A stretch of DNA of 64,000 nt from Gemmatimonadaceae bacterium (GTDB lineage Bacteria > Gemmatimonadota > Gemmatimonadetes > Gemmatimonadales > Gemmatimonadaceae), in contig DASTVV010000144.1 in NCBI GenBank assembly GCA_035758925.1, forward strand, positions 1,281 to 65,280, in the 5' to 3' direction. The stretch's first letter is position 1; every line of letters begins with the position of its first letter. Below the pieces are notes generated by a model, which was not told the DNA's origin, ran no database searches, and worked only from the letters and a program-made list of their open reading frames with translations. The position numbers were made by a program, and so were the translations under genes. Of this stretch, positions 49,243 through 57,376 are shown one piece after another.

Positions 49243-50070
49243 ATGACTACGCGTATCTCGATCGGCGTACTCGTCGCCAGCTTTGTCCTCGCCGGTTGCG
49301 ACCGGCCGTCCACTGCGCCTCTTCAGGCCTCGGCAAGCCCACAGGCCTCCATTACACATGGATCGCTTGACGGCAATGGCCACCCGGCGGTGGTGCTCAT
49401 CATCATGGACGTCGGCGGCGAGCCGGCATTCCGCTGCTCTGGAACCTTGATCGCGCCAAAGGTCGTCCTCACAGCGGGTCACTGCGCGGGCGAGCCCGGA
49501 GAATTCAGTGGCATGCGCATTTTCACGGAGTCCGATGTCGAGAACGGCGACAACAACTATCCGTTTTCGGGTCCCAATACCATCGAGGCGTCGTCCTGGG
49601 CGTCACATCCTCAGTTCACGGAGAATCTTTTCTTCCTGCACGACGTAGGCGTCATCGTGCTGTCAAAGGCGGTCAAGCTTCAAAGCACCGAGTATGGAAG
49701 GTTGCCGTCCCGGGATCAGCTCGATGCATTGAAGCCGAGCAGCGCAACGACGTTCACGGCGGTCGGATACGGTTTGCAGCGCATCAATCCGGCCCAGGTG
49801 GAAGGGGAACGTATTCGAATGGTCGCGCAGCCCCAGCTGATTCAGATCAATACGGGATTCACAGGACCTTTTTCGCTGCTGCTCTCGAACAACGCCTCCA
49901 GCGGCGGCACCTGCTTCGGCGATTCCGGCGGCCCCAATTACCTGGCTGCTTCGAACGTGGTTGCCGGAGTAACGTCCTTCGGACTGAACAACTCCTGCGG
50001 GGGCACCGGCGGCGTCTTCCGTCTGGACCGTGCCGACGTCCTGGAGTTCGTGCAGAAGTTCCTGAAGTGA
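49243..50070 (+). CDS. trypsin-like (S1) serine protease lipoprotein
   Basis: AAGGAG lies 9 nt before the ATG at 49243. MTTRISIGVLVASFVLAGC has a lipobox. Catalytic triad motifs are TAGHC, HDVGV and GDSGGP. Confidence 0.82.
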   Translation: MTTRISIGVLVASFVLAGCDRPSTAPLQASASPQASITHGSLDGNGHPAVVLIIMDVGGEPAFRCSGTLIAPKVVLTAGHCAGEPGEFSGMRIFTESDVENGDNNYPFSGPNTIEASSWASHPQFTENLFFLHDVGVIVLSKAVKLQSTEYGRLPSRDQLDALKPSSATTFTAVGYGLQRINPAQVEGERIRMVAQPQLIQINTGFTGPFSLLLSNNASSGGTCFGDSGGPNYLAASNVVAGVTSFGLNNSCGGTGGVFRLDRADVLEFVQKFLK

Positions 50071-50132
50071 CGTTCGACGGACCCGACTCCGACGCTATGC
50101 CGACATGACGTCCGCCGAGCATATTTGAGCCC

Positions 50133-51119
50133 ATGACTCGGCTGATTGTCATGGCGGCGCTGGCCATCCTCGCGAATGGTGCGGCGGCACAGAAGTACGT
50201 CGACGCCCAGGGGCGCATTCGCGTTGCGCTCGCGAAGCAGCCGTTCTCGCCAACCGGTGTGTCGCAGGGACCGACGACGATGGCGACCGGCGGTATCCAG
50301 GACACGCTCGCCCGGCTCGGCGCGGTCCTGCGTCTGGGCGAAGCACAGCTAACTGCCGACGAGAATACCGAATACGGCGGTTGGAAGCGTCTCGGCATGG
50401 CGCTGGGACATTTCGCGGACATTGTCGAGCGCAACGAGCGGGACGGATACTTCACCGTCGGACTGCTTGCCACATGCCCGTCGATGCCCGGTCTGGTTGC
50501 CGGCCTGCAGCATTCGGGCAGTACGCGTGAGCCGCTCAAGATCGGGATGCTGTGGCTCGACGCGCATCCGGACTACAACACTCCGGAGACGACGCGGAGC
50601 GGTTCCCTTGGAGGCATGCCGGTGGCGGTCGCCACCGGTCGCGCCCTTCAGCGCATGCGGATCGACGCCAGGCTGGATCCGCCGCTTTCGGACCGACACG
50701 TGGTCATGGCGGGTGTGCGCCTGACCGATCCGCTCGAGCAGTCGTTGCTGGACGAGTCGTTCATCGAGCAGCTCAGCGTCGACGACCTTCGCCGCCAGAC
50801 GCCGGCGGTATTCGCGCAGCTCGATCGGCTCAGCCGCCTCGTAGACAAGATCTATGTGCACCTCGACATGGACGTGCTCGATCCGCGCGAAGTGATGGGA
50901 CACGGAAACAAGGTGCCCAACGGCCCATCGAGCGCGGAGCTGGCGTCCCTCTTTCAGCAGATCTTCACGCGGTATCCCAAGGCTTCCGCCATCGGGTTCG
51001 CGACCATTCCGCCCACCGACGAAGGAGGTCTGTCCATCGCCGCGCTGAATCGCATGATCGCGGGCGCTGTTCGCGGCGTCCAGGCACGCGAGGCAAAAGC
51101 GGGACGGGTGAGCCCGTGA
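50133..51119 (+). CDS. secreted arginase/ureohydrolase-fold protein, atypical first metal motif
   Basis: Signal MTRLIVMAALAILANGAAAQ. WLDAHPDYNTPETTRSGSLGGMPV (arginase DAHxD motif) and HLDMDVLDP (DxDxxDP). The GGDHS motif position reads LATCPS. Confidence 0.72.
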   Translation: MTRLIVMAALAILANGAAAQKYVDAQGRIRVALAKQPFSPTGVSQGPTTMATGGIQDTLARLGAVLRLGEAQLTADENTEYGGWKRLGMALGHFADIVERNERDGYFTVGLLATCPSMPGLVAGLQHSGSTREPLKIGMLWLDAHPDYNTPETTRSGSLGGMPVAVATGRALQRMRIDARLDPPLSDRHVVMAGVRLTDPLEQSLLDESFIEQLSVDDLRRQTPAVFAQLDRLSRLVDKIYVHLDMDVLDPREVMGHGNKVPNGPSSAELASLFQQIFTRYPKASAIGFATIPPTDEGGLSIAALNRMIAGAVRGVQAREAKAGRVSP

Positions 51120-53047
51120 GCCAGTCACTCGAGGAAAGGGTCGTCGCCGCGATCGGCGAGCAGTACGTGCTGGACGGTGAGATCGGCCGCGGCGGAATGT
51201 CGGTGGTGTATCGTGCGCGTGACGTGCGACTCAATCGAACCGTGGCCGTCAAGGTGCTGCCCCCGGAGCTCGCGTACGACGCAGCGATCCGGACGCGCTT
51301 CACGCGCGAGGCGCAGACGTCGGCGCATCTGTCGCACTCGCACATCGTGCCCATCTATGACGTGGGTGAACGAGACGGCATCGCGTATTTCGTGATGGGC
51401 TTCGTGACCGGCGGCAATCTCGCGACACTGCTGGGGCGAGAACCGCGACAACCCGTGGATGAGACGCGACGCCTGCTGGCAGAGATCGCCGACGCGCTGG
51501 ACTACGCCCATCTCCGCGGTGTGATCCACCGGGACATCAAGCCTGACAACATTCTGCTCGACCGCGATAACGGCCGTGCCATCGTCACCGACTTCGGGAT
51601 CGCGCGGGCCGCCGAGGCTGGCGGGGGATCGCGGCTGACGGCGACAGGCATTGCCGTTGGGACGCCGGCATACATGTCGCCCGAGCAGGCCATGGGCGAG
51701 CGAGAGCTCGATGGGCGCAGCGACGTCTACTCGCTCGGCGTACTGGGATACCAGATGTTGACCGGGCGCGTCCCGTTCAGCGCCGGGAACTCGATGGCGC
51801 TGCTACTGAAACAAGTGACCGAGCAACCCCGCCCGATCGTGGACTTGCGGCCGGACGCGCCCAAGGCAGTGAGAGAGGCAATCGAACGCGCGCTGATGAA
51901 GGCGCCGGAAGACCGCTGGCCGACGGCGGCGATGTTTCGCGAAGCACTCACGTCGGACGGTTCATCGGCCGCGTCGTGGCGCGCCGAGGGGCGTGAACCA
52001 GTTCGCTATACGTCGCCGGTTCCGGGGAGCGCTCGACGCGAGCGGTCGACGCGCGACCGCTGGCGCGCGGAGCCTGGTGCAGCTGTTCAGGGCGTGGGAG
52101 CATCGCCGCCGCGCGGCGCCAGAGTTCCCGTACCAAACCAGTCAGCGGCAGTCAGCGGGATCATATTCGAACCGGATCATCTCGCGCCGCTGACGCAGGA
52201 ACAGCGAGAGGATCTGAGACTCTGGCACGGCCGCGTCAATCTGATGGATCGCATCAAGGCCATGCGGGGCTACGGCTGGCTCACACTGGCAGCGCTCTTC
52301 GCCAGCTTCGGGGGGATCGCTGGCGCCATCGACGGGGATATCCCGCCGCTGATCCTCGCGCCGCTGGTGCCCATATACATGGGCTTCAAGTTGTGGCGCC
52401 GCGGCAAGTCGCTGCGCAAGAGCGGACTGAGGCTGCGGCGGGTGATCCTGATGCCGCGCGCCAAGTGGGTGATACCAGCGCCGCAGAAGCCGCTGAGCGA
52501 GCAGCAGCTCGAGAAGCTCGCGCCGCGCGAGATTCTCGACTCTCGCTGGGGAACCGCGATCCGCCGCGCCGCCGAGGATCGCACGGCGATACTCGACATC
52601 GTCGCAAAGTTGTCCAAGGCGGATCGAGCGCTCCTTCCCGATGTCGCGCCCACGACCGATGCACTCGTGGAACGCGTCGCTCATCTCGCGCAGTTGTTGT
52701 ATCGACTCGACCAGGGAGTCGACACCCGCCTCATCCAGGAGATCGATGCCCGGATCGCCACCGTGGAGTTGGATGGAGAACCCACGGAAGGTGAACGGCG
52801 CCTCGCGCTGCTGCGGCGTCAACGTGATACGCTCGAGGAGCTCAAGCGGCGGCGGGTAACACTGGTCCGTCAGCTCGACAGTGCGGGCCTGGCGCTGGGC
52901 AATCTTCGGCTCGACCTCATCAAGCTGCGTTCGTCCGGCTTGCAGTCGGCGCTCTCCGACGTCTCCTCGGCAACGCAGGAAGCACGGGCGCTGTCACGCG
53001 AGATCGGCCTGGTGCTGGACGCCGCGGCTGAGGTTCGAACTCTGTGA
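51116..53047 (+). CDS. membrane Ser/Thr protein kinase (Hanks type) with two-TM hairpin and coiled-coil C-domain
   Basis: The GTG at 51116 overlaps the arginase-like stop (GTGA). GRGGMSVVYRA, AVKVL, HRDIKPDNILL, DFGIA and GTPAYMSPEQ motifs. TM pair at YGWLTLAALFASFGGIAGAI / PPLILAPLVPIYMGF. The track start 50552 is rejected. Confidence 0.9.
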   Translation: MSQSLEERVVAAIGEQYVLDGEIGRGGMSVVYRARDVRLNRTVAVKVLPPELAYDAAIRTRFTREAQTSAHLSHSHIVPIYDVGERDGIAYFVMGFVTGGNLATLLGREPRQPVDETRRLLAEIADALDYAHLRGVIHRDIKPDNILLDRDNGRAIVTDFGIARAAEAGGGSRLTATGIAVGTPAYMSPEQAMGERELDGRSDVYSLGVLGYQMLTGRVPFSAGNSMALLLKQVTEQPRPIVDLRPDAPKAVREAIERALMKAPEDRWPTAAMFREALTSDGSSAASWRAEGREPVRYTSPVPGSARRERSTRDRWRAEPGAAVQGVGASPPRGARVPVPNQSAAVSGIIFEPDHLAPLTQEQREDLRLWHGRVNLMDRIKAMRGYGWLTLAALFASFGGIAGAIDGDIPPLILAPLVPIYMGFKLWRRGKSLRKSGLRLRRVILMPRAKWVIPAPQKPLSEQQLEKLAPREILDSRWGTAIRRAAEDRTAILDIVAKLSKADRALLPDVAPTTDALVERVAHLAQLLYRLDQGVDTRLIQEIDARIATVELDGEPTEGERRLALLRRQRDTLEELKRRRVTLVRQLDSAGLALGNLRLDLIKLRSSGLQSALSDVSSATQEARALSREIGLVLDAAAEVRTL

Positions 53048-53078
53048 AAAGACGGGGTCCCGGTCCCGCGTTTCCTGA

Positions 53079-53678
53079 ATGATCAATCCCGTTCCGGTTA
53101 CCCTCGAAGGCCACGGTGTTCGGCTCGAACCGCTCACGCCGTCGCATGAAGACGCGCTGCGGGCGGCCGCGTCCGATGGAAAGCTCTGGGAGCTCTGGTT
53201 CACGGCCGTCCCCGCACCGGACCAGACGGCGACCTACATCACCGATGCCCTGAATGGCCAGAAGGCCGGTCACATGCTGCCCTGGGTCGTTCGGGAGATC
53301 GGTACCAACGCGATCGTGGGCAGCACTCGGTATCACGACATCGTCGCACCGATCGACCGTGTCGAGATCGGCTACACGTGGTATGCCGCGAAGTGGCAGC
53401 GGAGCCACGTCAACACCGCGTGCAAGCTGCTGCTGCTCGAACACGCGTTCGACAATCTCGGTTGCAAGGTGGTGGGGCTTCGGACGGACAACTTCAACTT
53501 CGTGTCGCAGCGCGCCATTGCCGCGCTGGGAGCGAAGAAGGACGGTGTCATCCGGCACCACGCGGCTCGCAGGGACGGCACCGTGCGTGACAGCGTGATG
53601 TTCAGCATCCTCGTCACGGAGTGGCCGGACGTGAAGCGACACCTGCTGCTTCGACTGAAGCGCCACGTTGACCTGTGA
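53079..53678 (+). CDS. GNAT-family N-acetyltransferase (RimJ/RimL-like)
   Basis: LEGHGVRLEPLTPSH...IGYTWYA..WQRSHVNT..K.LLLEHAF..L.C..V.L.TD..N..S..A...LGA..DG..R pattern of Acetyltransf_3-type GNATs. Confidence 0.82.
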   Translation: MINPVPVTLEGHGVRLEPLTPSHEDALRAAASDGKLWELWFTAVPAPDQTATYITDALNGQKAGHMLPWVVREIGTNAIVGSTRYHDIVAPIDRVEIGYTWYAAKWQRSHVNTACKLLLLEHAFDNLGCKVVGLRTDNFNFVSQRAIAALGAKKDGVIRHHAARRDGTVRDSVMFSILVTEWPDVKRHLLLRLKRHVDL

Positions 53679-53817
53679 ACACGTCATGAATCCGGGGACT
53701 CCGCGCCAGTACCTCGGACGAGTAATCGTTTCCCTGCTGTTCGTCGCGGCTATCTGGGGCGGCATCTCGAACGGGAGCGACATGGCATCGACGGAGACGC
53801 CAAGAGCGGCTTCCGCT

Positions 53818-54336
53818 TCAAGCGCTTGATCGATCGATGCCGTAGATGAGTACCGGCATCGTCAGCACCATGGTCTCGCCCTCGACCTTCTCGCCAAGCC
53901 GCTCGGCCACGCGTCTGGACGGTGCGTTGTCGGGGTGTATCAGGCTGATGACGTGCGGCTGGTCGAGCACGTCGAACGCGTAGCGCAGCAGCATCCGCGC
54001 GGCTTCGCTGGCGTAGCCCTTCCCCTGGTATTCGGGCGCCAGCATCCAGCCGAGCTCGAAGCCTGGCCAGCCCGTCTGATTGGTGAATCCGGCGCGTCCG
54101 ATGAACATTCCGGTGGCCTTGTCCTCGATGGCGTAGTATCCGTAGCCGCGAAAGGCCCAGTGGCCGACGAGGTACGCAAGATGCCGCCAGGCCTGGATTT
54201 GATCCATCGTCTTCCCGCCCAGGTAGCGCATGATGTCCATGTTGGCGCACCACTTCTCGTAGGTCGGGAAGTCGGTCTCGCGTGGGACACGGAGACGCAG
54301 GCGCTCGGTTTCGAGCTCGGTCGCTGCTTTTGGCAT
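53818..54336 (-). CDS. GNAT-family N-acetyltransferase (RimJ/RimL-like)
   Basis: LETERLRLR..RE.D...Y..W...GY.....QGKGYASEAARMLLRYAFD....HVISLIHPDN..S..VAERLG, typical of RimJ-type GNATs. Confidence 0.82.
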   Translation of the reverse strand: MPKAATELETERLRLRVPRETDFPTYEKWCANMDIMRYLGGKTMDQIQAWRHLAYLVGHWAFRGYGYYAIEDKATGMFIGRAGFTNQTGWPGFELGWMLAPEYQGKGYASEAARMLLRYAFDVLDQPHVISLIHPDNAPSRRVAERLGEKVEGETMVLTMPVLIYGIDRSSA

Positions 54337-54467
54337 GCCCGGAAGATACCTGGCGGAGTCGCGCCGGCCCGGATTGCGCGACTCGGCGAATACCTTATCG
54401 TTTCCTCAGAACGCCGACGTTCGCCTCACCGCGGGCCATTCGCGGGACGCCCACCCCTGGTCTTGCC

Positions 54468-55439
54468 ATGGCTTTTACCCCAGTCACCCGATCGTGGCCC
54501 GGCAAGCGCGCCGTCATGTTCGTCCACGGAATCGGCGATGCCAGCAACGGCGGCGCAGGCGCATTTCCCGTCGACCAGTTTCGAGCGGCCATGGGCGCGC
54601 AGGCCGCGGAGTTCGCCATCTATTCGTTCAACTACGACTTCATCAACGACTGGGCCGCGACGAAGACGCAGTTCGGCGCTGGTATCGCCGCCCTGAAGGA
54701 CGCGCTCAAGATCAAGTTTGGCGGCGACGCCGTTGCGGACACGATCTCGGAGTACTGCGGCGACGTACTCTGGCCGGTGCTCAACGGCGACATTCGCCTG
54801 GCTGTCCGGGACGCATTCGTTGCGCAACTCATCCAGATCCACCTCGACGGCGGCGAAGCAGCGCTCGACCGTGGCGATGATCCGCTGGAATACGAGGTAT
54901 CCATCATCGCGCACAGCCTTGGCTGCTTCCACACCTATGAAGTGCTATGGGCCATCGCGACCAATCCGCAGTATCAGCTGCGACCCGCAAGCGACAACTT
55001 CCGCCTCCGTACCGCGATCCTCATGGCGTCGCCGGTCCAGCTGATTCGCACCGTCGCCCGCGGCATCTCGGCGCTGGTACCTGATCAGACTACGCTCGCG
55101 ACACTCGGCAATCCACTTGGCCTTCCGGCGCAAACGGTTGGAGCCAAGGCGACAACGGTTGCGCGCCGATTTGTATCCATCACGGGAAGTCAGGATCCCG
55201 TGGGCGGACACCTTCTCGGGAAGCTCCAGCCGTGGGGCTATATGGCACTCGATGGACAGGACAGTGTGATCAACACGCAGATGCTGGGCACCACCGACCC
55301 AGGCGCCGCGCTGGCGGCGGCACTGAGCGGTGGCGGGGCAGCCGGAGCCGCCGGCGCGGGACTGCGGGCTCAGGATCCTCACTCATGGACTGCGTACATC
55401 GAACGCAACGCCGCCAAGCTCTTACAGGTGCTCGCATGA
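54468..55439 (+). CDS. uncharacterised lipase-like alpha/beta-hydrolase (soluble paralog of 57377..60169)
   Basis: ATG at 54468, no signal peptide. VMFVHGIGD (strand plus oxyanion HG), nucleophile elbow IIAHSLGC, LMASP, ITGSQDPV (Asp) and DPHSWTAY (His). Confidence 0.6.
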   Translation: MAFTPVTRSWPGKRAVMFVHGIGDASNGGAGAFPVDQFRAAMGAQAAEFAIYSFNYDFINDWAATKTQFGAGIAALKDALKIKFGGDAVADTISEYCGDVLWPVLNGDIRLAVRDAFVAQLIQIHLDGGEAALDRGDDPLEYEVSIIAHSLGCFHTYEVLWAIATNPQYQLRPASDNFRLRTAILMASPVQLIRTVARGISALVPDQTTLATLGNPLGLPAQTVGAKATTVARRFVSITGSQDPVGGHLLGKLQPWGYMALDGQDSVINTQMLGTTDPGAALAAALSGGGAAGAAGAGLRAQDPHSWTAYIERNAAKLLQVLA

Positions 55440-56425
55440 GACAAGTGCGTGGGAGAACGCGGGTCGTTCCTGGAATGGCTTGTGTCGTGGTGATGCTGTG
55501 GAGTGCGAGCCGCCTCGACGCGCAGGTGACCCCGGCGTCGACGGACGCGCGGCTGCTGGCCCGGGCCGATTCGATCACCGTTGGTCAGTACTGCACGTCA
55601 GTGCGTACGATTCTCGCGTCACCGGTTGTGCGTGATTCCCTCGGCGACGAGCTGGAAAACGCCGAGCGTGATGCCGCAGCCATTTGCGACCCGCGCACCG
55701 CCCGCGCCACGTTGGGTGAGCTGCTTGGCGACCGACCCGTAACACTCGCGGGCGTCGCGCGCGTCGAATCGCGCAACGTGGCGTCGGCGGCACCAGATGT
55801 CATCGGCGCCATGAACGACTTCCATCGCGTCACACGCAATGAGGCGATGGCCCCCGTGATCAAGCTGGCAATCGGTGATTCCGCCACCCGTGTCTTCAGG
55901 CGCGAAGCCGACACCGCGAAGGACCTGTTGCGGCGCGACGTCCGGGATGCGGCCCTCAGACGCCTGGATCGCTACGAGCGCAAACTCGGGCCACATTCCG
56001 CGCGGCTCAACGGCGTCGAGGTGGTACTCAACTACGCGGCGCAACGCGGCGTACCGGGATTCAAGGCCACCCCAGAGAAGGGACCCAGCCCCTGGGAGGT
56101 AGTGGCGTCATACGTTCCGATGTGGGCCACGATCGCCGACGAGCGGGCACAGGCCGTGTCCGTGGGAGAGTTTGGCTTGCGGTACTACCTTTTCGGAGAG
56201 AAGTTCGGCGCGTCCGGTTTGCGTGGCCTCCTGTTTCCCTACTATTGGTCTGCGGGCGCGCTCGTCGTCAGTGATCGCAATGGTGCCTTGGTGTGGCCCG
56301 GCGAGGGTAAGTCGCGCGTCGGCGCGTATCTGAGCTGGGGGGCGTTCAAGATCGGTTATGTTGGGGGCCGCAGTGGTGAAGTTCTCGTCAGCCGGCAGCT
56401 GCAACTGATCCCCTACGTGTTCTGA
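55436..56425 (+). CDS. uncharacterised secreted protein, possible outer-membrane protein
   Basis: ATGA overlap with the upstream stop. Signal ...GMACVVVMLWSASRLDAQ. The C-terminal third has alternating hydrophobic pattern and ends QLQLIPYVF (aromatic terminal residue as in OM beta-barrels). No recognisable domain. Confidence 0.5.
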   Translation: MRQVRGRTRVVPGMACVVVMLWSASRLDAQVTPASTDARLLARADSITVGQYCTSVRTILASPVVRDSLGDELENAERDAAAICDPRTARATLGELLGDRPVTLAGVARVESRNVASAAPDVIGAMNDFHRVTRNEAMAPVIKLAIGDSATRVFRREADTAKDLLRRDVRDAALRRLDRYERKLGPHSARLNGVEVVLNYAAQRGVPGFKATPEKGPSPWEVVASYVPMWATIADERAQAVSVGEFGLRYYLFGEKFGASGLRGLLFPYYWSAGALVVSDRNGALVWPGEGKSRVGAYLSWGAFKIGYVGGRSGEVLVSRQLQLIPYVF

Positions 56426-56440
56426 ACCAAGCGGATTCCC

Positions 56441-56851
56441 ATGGCTGGATACTCGGGAACGCCGCTGCTTCAAAAGCTGGGCGTGAAGACTGGCCAGACG
56501 TTCTGCGTCGTGTCGGGCCCATCCGGATACGACGAACTGTTGGGTGCGTTGCCGGACGGAGCGAAGCTGGCCACACGTTTCTCGAGCCGTTCCGACGTCG
56601 TACAGTTGTTTGTGACAGATCGTGCCAGCATGGTGAGAGCCTTGACGCACTACCGCCGTCAATTGTCGCAAGAGGCGAGCGTTTGGGTATCGTGGCCGAA
56701 AAAATCCTCGAAAGTGCCCACGGATATCACCGAGGATGTCATCCGTGAAGTGGCGCTCCCGCTGGGGTTTGTCGACGTGAAGGTGTGCGCCGTGACAGAT
56801 GTCTGGTCGGGGCTGAAGCTCGTCGTGAGAAAAGAGCTCCGCTCGCCGTAA
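56441..56851 (+). CDS. small conserved hypothetical protein (resembles DUF3052 family, from memory)
   Basis: MAGYSGTPLLQKLGVKTGQTF...WVSWPKKSSKVPTDITEDVIRE. 136 aa. Starts 15 nt after the previous stop. Confidence 0.5.
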   Translation: MAGYSGTPLLQKLGVKTGQTFCVVSGPSGYDELLGALPDGAKLATRFSSRSDVVQLFVTDRASMVRALTHYRRQLSQEASVWVSWPKKSSKVPTDITEDVIREVALPLGFVDVKVCAVTDVWSGLKLVVRKELRSP

Positions 56852-56942
56852 CTGACCCACCCAAGATTTTCTTAATACGATAAAGAAGATTAAGTTGTGG
56901 TACGGCCGACCCGATCGGCCAATCCGTTCGCTCGAGGGAGCC

Positions 56943-57284
56943 ATGGCGCAAAGACGCGGGACAAAGCCGAAGCGGGCCAAGTCCTCCGCAACGAAGCGGG
57001 GGAAGGGCGCGCAATCACTCAAACGTGACAACATCCCCCGGGCGGTTCTCGGTCGGGAGACCCAACGCCAGATCGATCGCTTCGATCTGTCGCGCGAAGC
57101 GGCTGGGCGCGTCGTGCACGACGCCGCGTCCCAGATGTCCCGGCTCATGACCGGCCACTTCGCGGAGTTCTCCGCAGACCGGCTCGTCGGGATGCTGGTC
57201 CGGCTGGGATCCGACGTGACCATCACGATCCGGCATTCGCGCCGCCTTGGCCGTCGTGGCAAGGTGCGCGTCAAGGCCGGCTAG
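56943..57284 (+). CDS. XRE-type HTH protein of the antitoxin-like COG5606 type with basic N-terminal tail
   Basis: GAGGGAG RBS then ATG at 56943. Lys/Arg-rich tail MAQRRGTKPKRAKSSATKRGKG. C-terminal ...AAGRVVHDAASQMSRLMTGHFAEFSADRLVGMLVRLGSDVTITIR matches the HTH plus FS.D.L...L..LG..V.I pattern of these antitoxins (memory-based). Confidence 0.6.
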   Translation: MAQRRGTKPKRAKSSATKRGKGAQSLKRDNIPRAVLGRETQRQIDRFDLSREAAGRVVHDAASQMSRLMTGHFAEFSADRLVGMLVRLGSDVTITIRHSRRLGRRGKVRVKAG

Positions 57285-57376
57285 GAATCGCTAGCGCCAC
57301 TCGCCGCGCCGAGGTCGGCGCGACGGTGGTGCCGCGGGAGCCGGCGCCGCGGCCGGCCGAGTTCTCGGGAGGAGAG

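Noticed and set aside
50552-51115. N-terminal 188-codon extension of the kinase ORF (track 50552..53047)
   Set aside because: The extension overlaps the arginase-like gene in another frame and is Arg/Pro-rich. The GTG at 51116 (GTGA overlap) sits about 20 aa before the kinase glycine loop. The same logic was applied to the track starts at 2164, 4062, 5611, 7292, 11233, 16772, 20195, 28089, 29575, 31575, 35732, 38297, 54282, 55232 and 60226.
53030-53047. GGTTCGAAC string resembling a tRNA T-arm
   Set aside because: It lies inside the last codons of the kinase gene. No acceptor or anticodon arms can be built around it.
57305-57322. Hairpins CGCGCCGA-GG-TCGGCGCG (57305-57322) and GGGGCGGCCGCCCC (60208-60221) as terminators
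   Set aside because: The stems are GC-only, the loops are very tight, and there is no T-tract. They are indistinguishable from chance palindromes in this composition.
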